Positions 62,215-64,000 of a stretch of 64,000 nucleotides of DNA are shown here, piece after piece. A program made the position numbers and the translations under genes. Every line of letters begins with the position of its first letter. The stretch's first letter is position 1. The notes beneath the pieces were generated by a model. That model did not search any database, had not been told where the DNA came from, and saw nothing but the letters and a program-made list of their open reading frames with translations. Where the stretch lies: the NCBI GenBank assembly GCA_000165345.1, contig CM000431.1:416001-480000 (forward strand), given 5' to 3'.

Positions 62215-63999
62215 TTACTTGAGAGAATTAATAAAACTCTGAATGTTTTGATCACCAACAAAATGATTAGATATCTCATTTAAATATGGTTGAAAAGTAA
62301 TCTTCATTAAATTTAATTGTTCTGAATTTCTTATACATTCAATGAAATTGCATGCATGCGCACTATTGGCGCCAATGCCGGTACTGGATGGTCCGCTAGT
62401 TAGAATCTGTAAAATTTCTTTATGGCTGGGATAAGAGTTATTGGAAGAGTGACAAGACGCAGTCAGAAGTTTGTGGTAATTAATCTCGAACTCATCTTGA
62501 ATGGGGTTTTGTGAGTCTAAATTTGAATCAGGGAGAACAGCAAGGTAGTTGCTTTGAGCTGAGTCATCAGAGACGCCACTAGGGTCAGTAGATATGGAAT
62601 TTCTTCTCTGGAAGTTTGGGTCATCCGAAAGTTTTATTGCATTAAAAAGAAGGTAAACTGACTTGAATGCTTCAAGAACAAAGTCATTGCGTTTGCTTTG
62701 TTCAAAAGTTAGTTCGGAGACCAGCTTTAAAAGTGCAATAAAAATAGTATATCTGAGAGGAGGTGAAAGCGTGGCTTTAAGTAGGTTTGGGAAAACCACC
62801 TTGCTGAAGAAGATAAACGAGAGCCCATTCTGAAGTGTATCGAGAACGTTAAGAAGAGAAGTCTCTGGCATCTCTCCATACGGCTTTTTAATTACAATTA
62901 TTGAAAATGCTCCAACGACTTGGATTATTGTCTGGTGGTCTCCAATTCGATTCCACTCCTGAGATTTAGTAAGTAGAAGATTGGCTAGTGCGGTCAAGTA
63001 CTGAGAATACCATTGGAAAGGAAGGAAGCGAACGATGTCTCGAAGGAATTCAAAGGAGAGAGTTGATTGGAATCTCCTGTGACTCAGACAAAACTGGAAG
63101 CGTTCAAACACCTGCTTAACATGGCTGGAAATGGTGGCTTCAAATAATGAATGTCTCTTGAAGAAAGAACTGCAGAGTCGGACAATCCCAGGTACTGCAG
63201 ATGCAGGCCCATGCCAGATCTTTGCATCAATCAAATGGATAAAGAGCTTGTCATAAAGCTCATTCTGGCTAGCTAAGGTGTCTAGCCTAAGAGCAAGTAG
63301 CTGTAGAGAGTATGGAATGAAGTCTGTTAGATTCTTCTCTAGGATTCCAATGAGTATCGGTAGGACAAAATTATCCAATTTTTCACAATCTGAAGAATTT
63401 CTTATACAGACTCCAAGAAGCTCAAATAAGTAGTGGTTGAAGGACGGATTCTTTGGGTTCTCCACTGCAAGCTTTGTGCACTCTGCAATGGTGGGAGCCA
63501 AAGTATTAACCAATTCGGATCCAAGCTTACCTAAATACGTCAAGAGTCTCATCATACATCTAGGAATAAATTCGCTCTCTGTCAAATAAGTCCTTTTATC
63601 TCCTCCTTGGAAGGCTTTTTTGAGCATTGGATGAAGAATATTCCCAATCATCTGGAAACATAGATTATATGTCTCTGCTGGGGAAAGCTTAAAAACAGTT
63701 TCCTGGCTGCCCATTCCTTGTTGGACTTTTAATAAAGCTCCTCCTGAGTTTGAATTATCATTAGATGTGCAAATACTAGTATTTGCACCAATTCCACCAC
63801 CCTGAATTGAAGGGTTTCCAGTAGATGATGCTGTTTTTTGGGTTAATATCCTCTCAAACGCCAACAAAATCATCATCTCCTCAATGCTGGAAGTTTGAGT
63901 AGAAAGCCAATTGTAGGACTGCTGGAGAATATCCAGGGAAGAAGCGTTATTGAAGTGACTTTTGAAAACAATCAGGTACTTTAAAGCACAGCAACGCAT
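62215..63999 (-). CDS. Alpha-helical (HEAT/ARM-like) protein, C-terminal ~594 aa; probably truncated by the window edge
   Basis: Long helical ORF that reaches the last codon of the window (cat at 63997-63999). No family-specific motif recognised. Confidence 0.4.
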   Translation of the reverse strand: MRCCALKYLIVFKSHFNNASSLDILQQSYNWLSTQTSSIEEMMILLAFERILTQKTASSTGNPSIQGGGIGANTSICTSNDNSNSGGALLKVQQGMGSQETVFKLSPAETYNLCFQMIGNILHPMLKKAFQGGDKRTYLTESEFIPRCMMRLLTYLGKLGSELVNTLAPTIAECTKLAVENPKNPSFNHYLFELLGVCIRNSSDCEKLDNFVLPILIGILEKNLTDFIPYSLQLLALRLDTLASQNELYDKLFIHLIDAKIWHGPASAVPGIVRLCSSFFKRHSLFEATISSHVKQVFERFQFCLSHRRFQSTLSFEFLRDIVRFLPFQWYSQYLTALANLLLTKSQEWNRIGDHQTIIQVVGAFSIIVIKKPYGEMPETSLLNVLDTLQNGLSFIFFSKVVFPNLLKATLSPPLRYTIFIALLKLVSELTFEQSKRNDFVLEAFKSVYLLFNAIKLSDDPNFQRRNSISTDPSGVSDDSAQSNYLAVLPDSNLDSQNPIQDEFEINYHKLLTASCHSSNNSYPSHKEILQILTSGPSSTGIGANSAHACNFIECIRNSEQLNLMKITFQPYLNEISNHFVGDQNIQSFINSLK

Positions 64000-64000
64000 C

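Noticed and set aside
1-64000. Telomeric repeats, rDNA, transposon or LTR remnants
   Set aside because: No TTTAGG-type tandem arrays, no rRNA-like GC-rich conserved blocks, and no long terminal or inverted repeats flanking ORFs were seen. The tandem paralogs are explained by gene duplication.

Overview
This is an AT-rich, intron-poor, gene-dense eukaryotic sequence that looks apicomplexan and most like Cryptosporidium. Every gene is a single uninterrupted ORF. The profilin ORF aligns closely with apicomplexan profilins, and many upstream regions carry GGCGCC/CCCGCC (E2F-like) and GCATGCA motifs. The provided ORF track uses bacterial-style alternative starts: several ORFs that begin with 'M' really begin at TTG (for example 30209, 35303 minus strand, 41016, 51324, 52613). 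I moved those starts to the first ATG where I could check them. The window has two halves.

The first half, about 0-36 kb, is a housekeeping block with genes on both strands and very short intergenic spacers. The genes, in order, are: a tail-anchored protein with FASTK/heptatricopeptide-like repeats; an SDE2 homolog with an intact GG|KGGFG cleavage motif; a 1616-aa cysteine-rich mucin-like secreted protein with poly-Thr and poly-Gln tracts; a Sec14/CRAL-TRIO protein; a DIX-like plus 17xPro protein; profilin; a GH31 alpha-glucosidase; a DDX55/Spb4 DEAD-box helicase; a four-TM protein with a poly-His tail; a START-domain protein; Rpp30; a CZIB/DUF866 protein; a polytopic membrane protein; and eIF2-gamma.

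The second half, about 36.8-61.9 kb, is a head-to-tail array of at least 11, possibly 12, paralogous genes, all on the + strand and separated by unusually long spacers (0.7-3 kb). Each member encodes a signal-peptide protein with a variable low-complexity linker and a conserved C-terminal helical, cysteine-spaced domain. Ten of 11 members carry a short conserved motif, phi-S-[F/L]-[L/I/V]-x(1-3)-[E/K], 28-45 residues from the N-terminus. This is a lineage-specific secreted or exported effector-like family that I do not recognise as a named family.

I found no rRNA, tRNA, CRISPR or transposon sequences.
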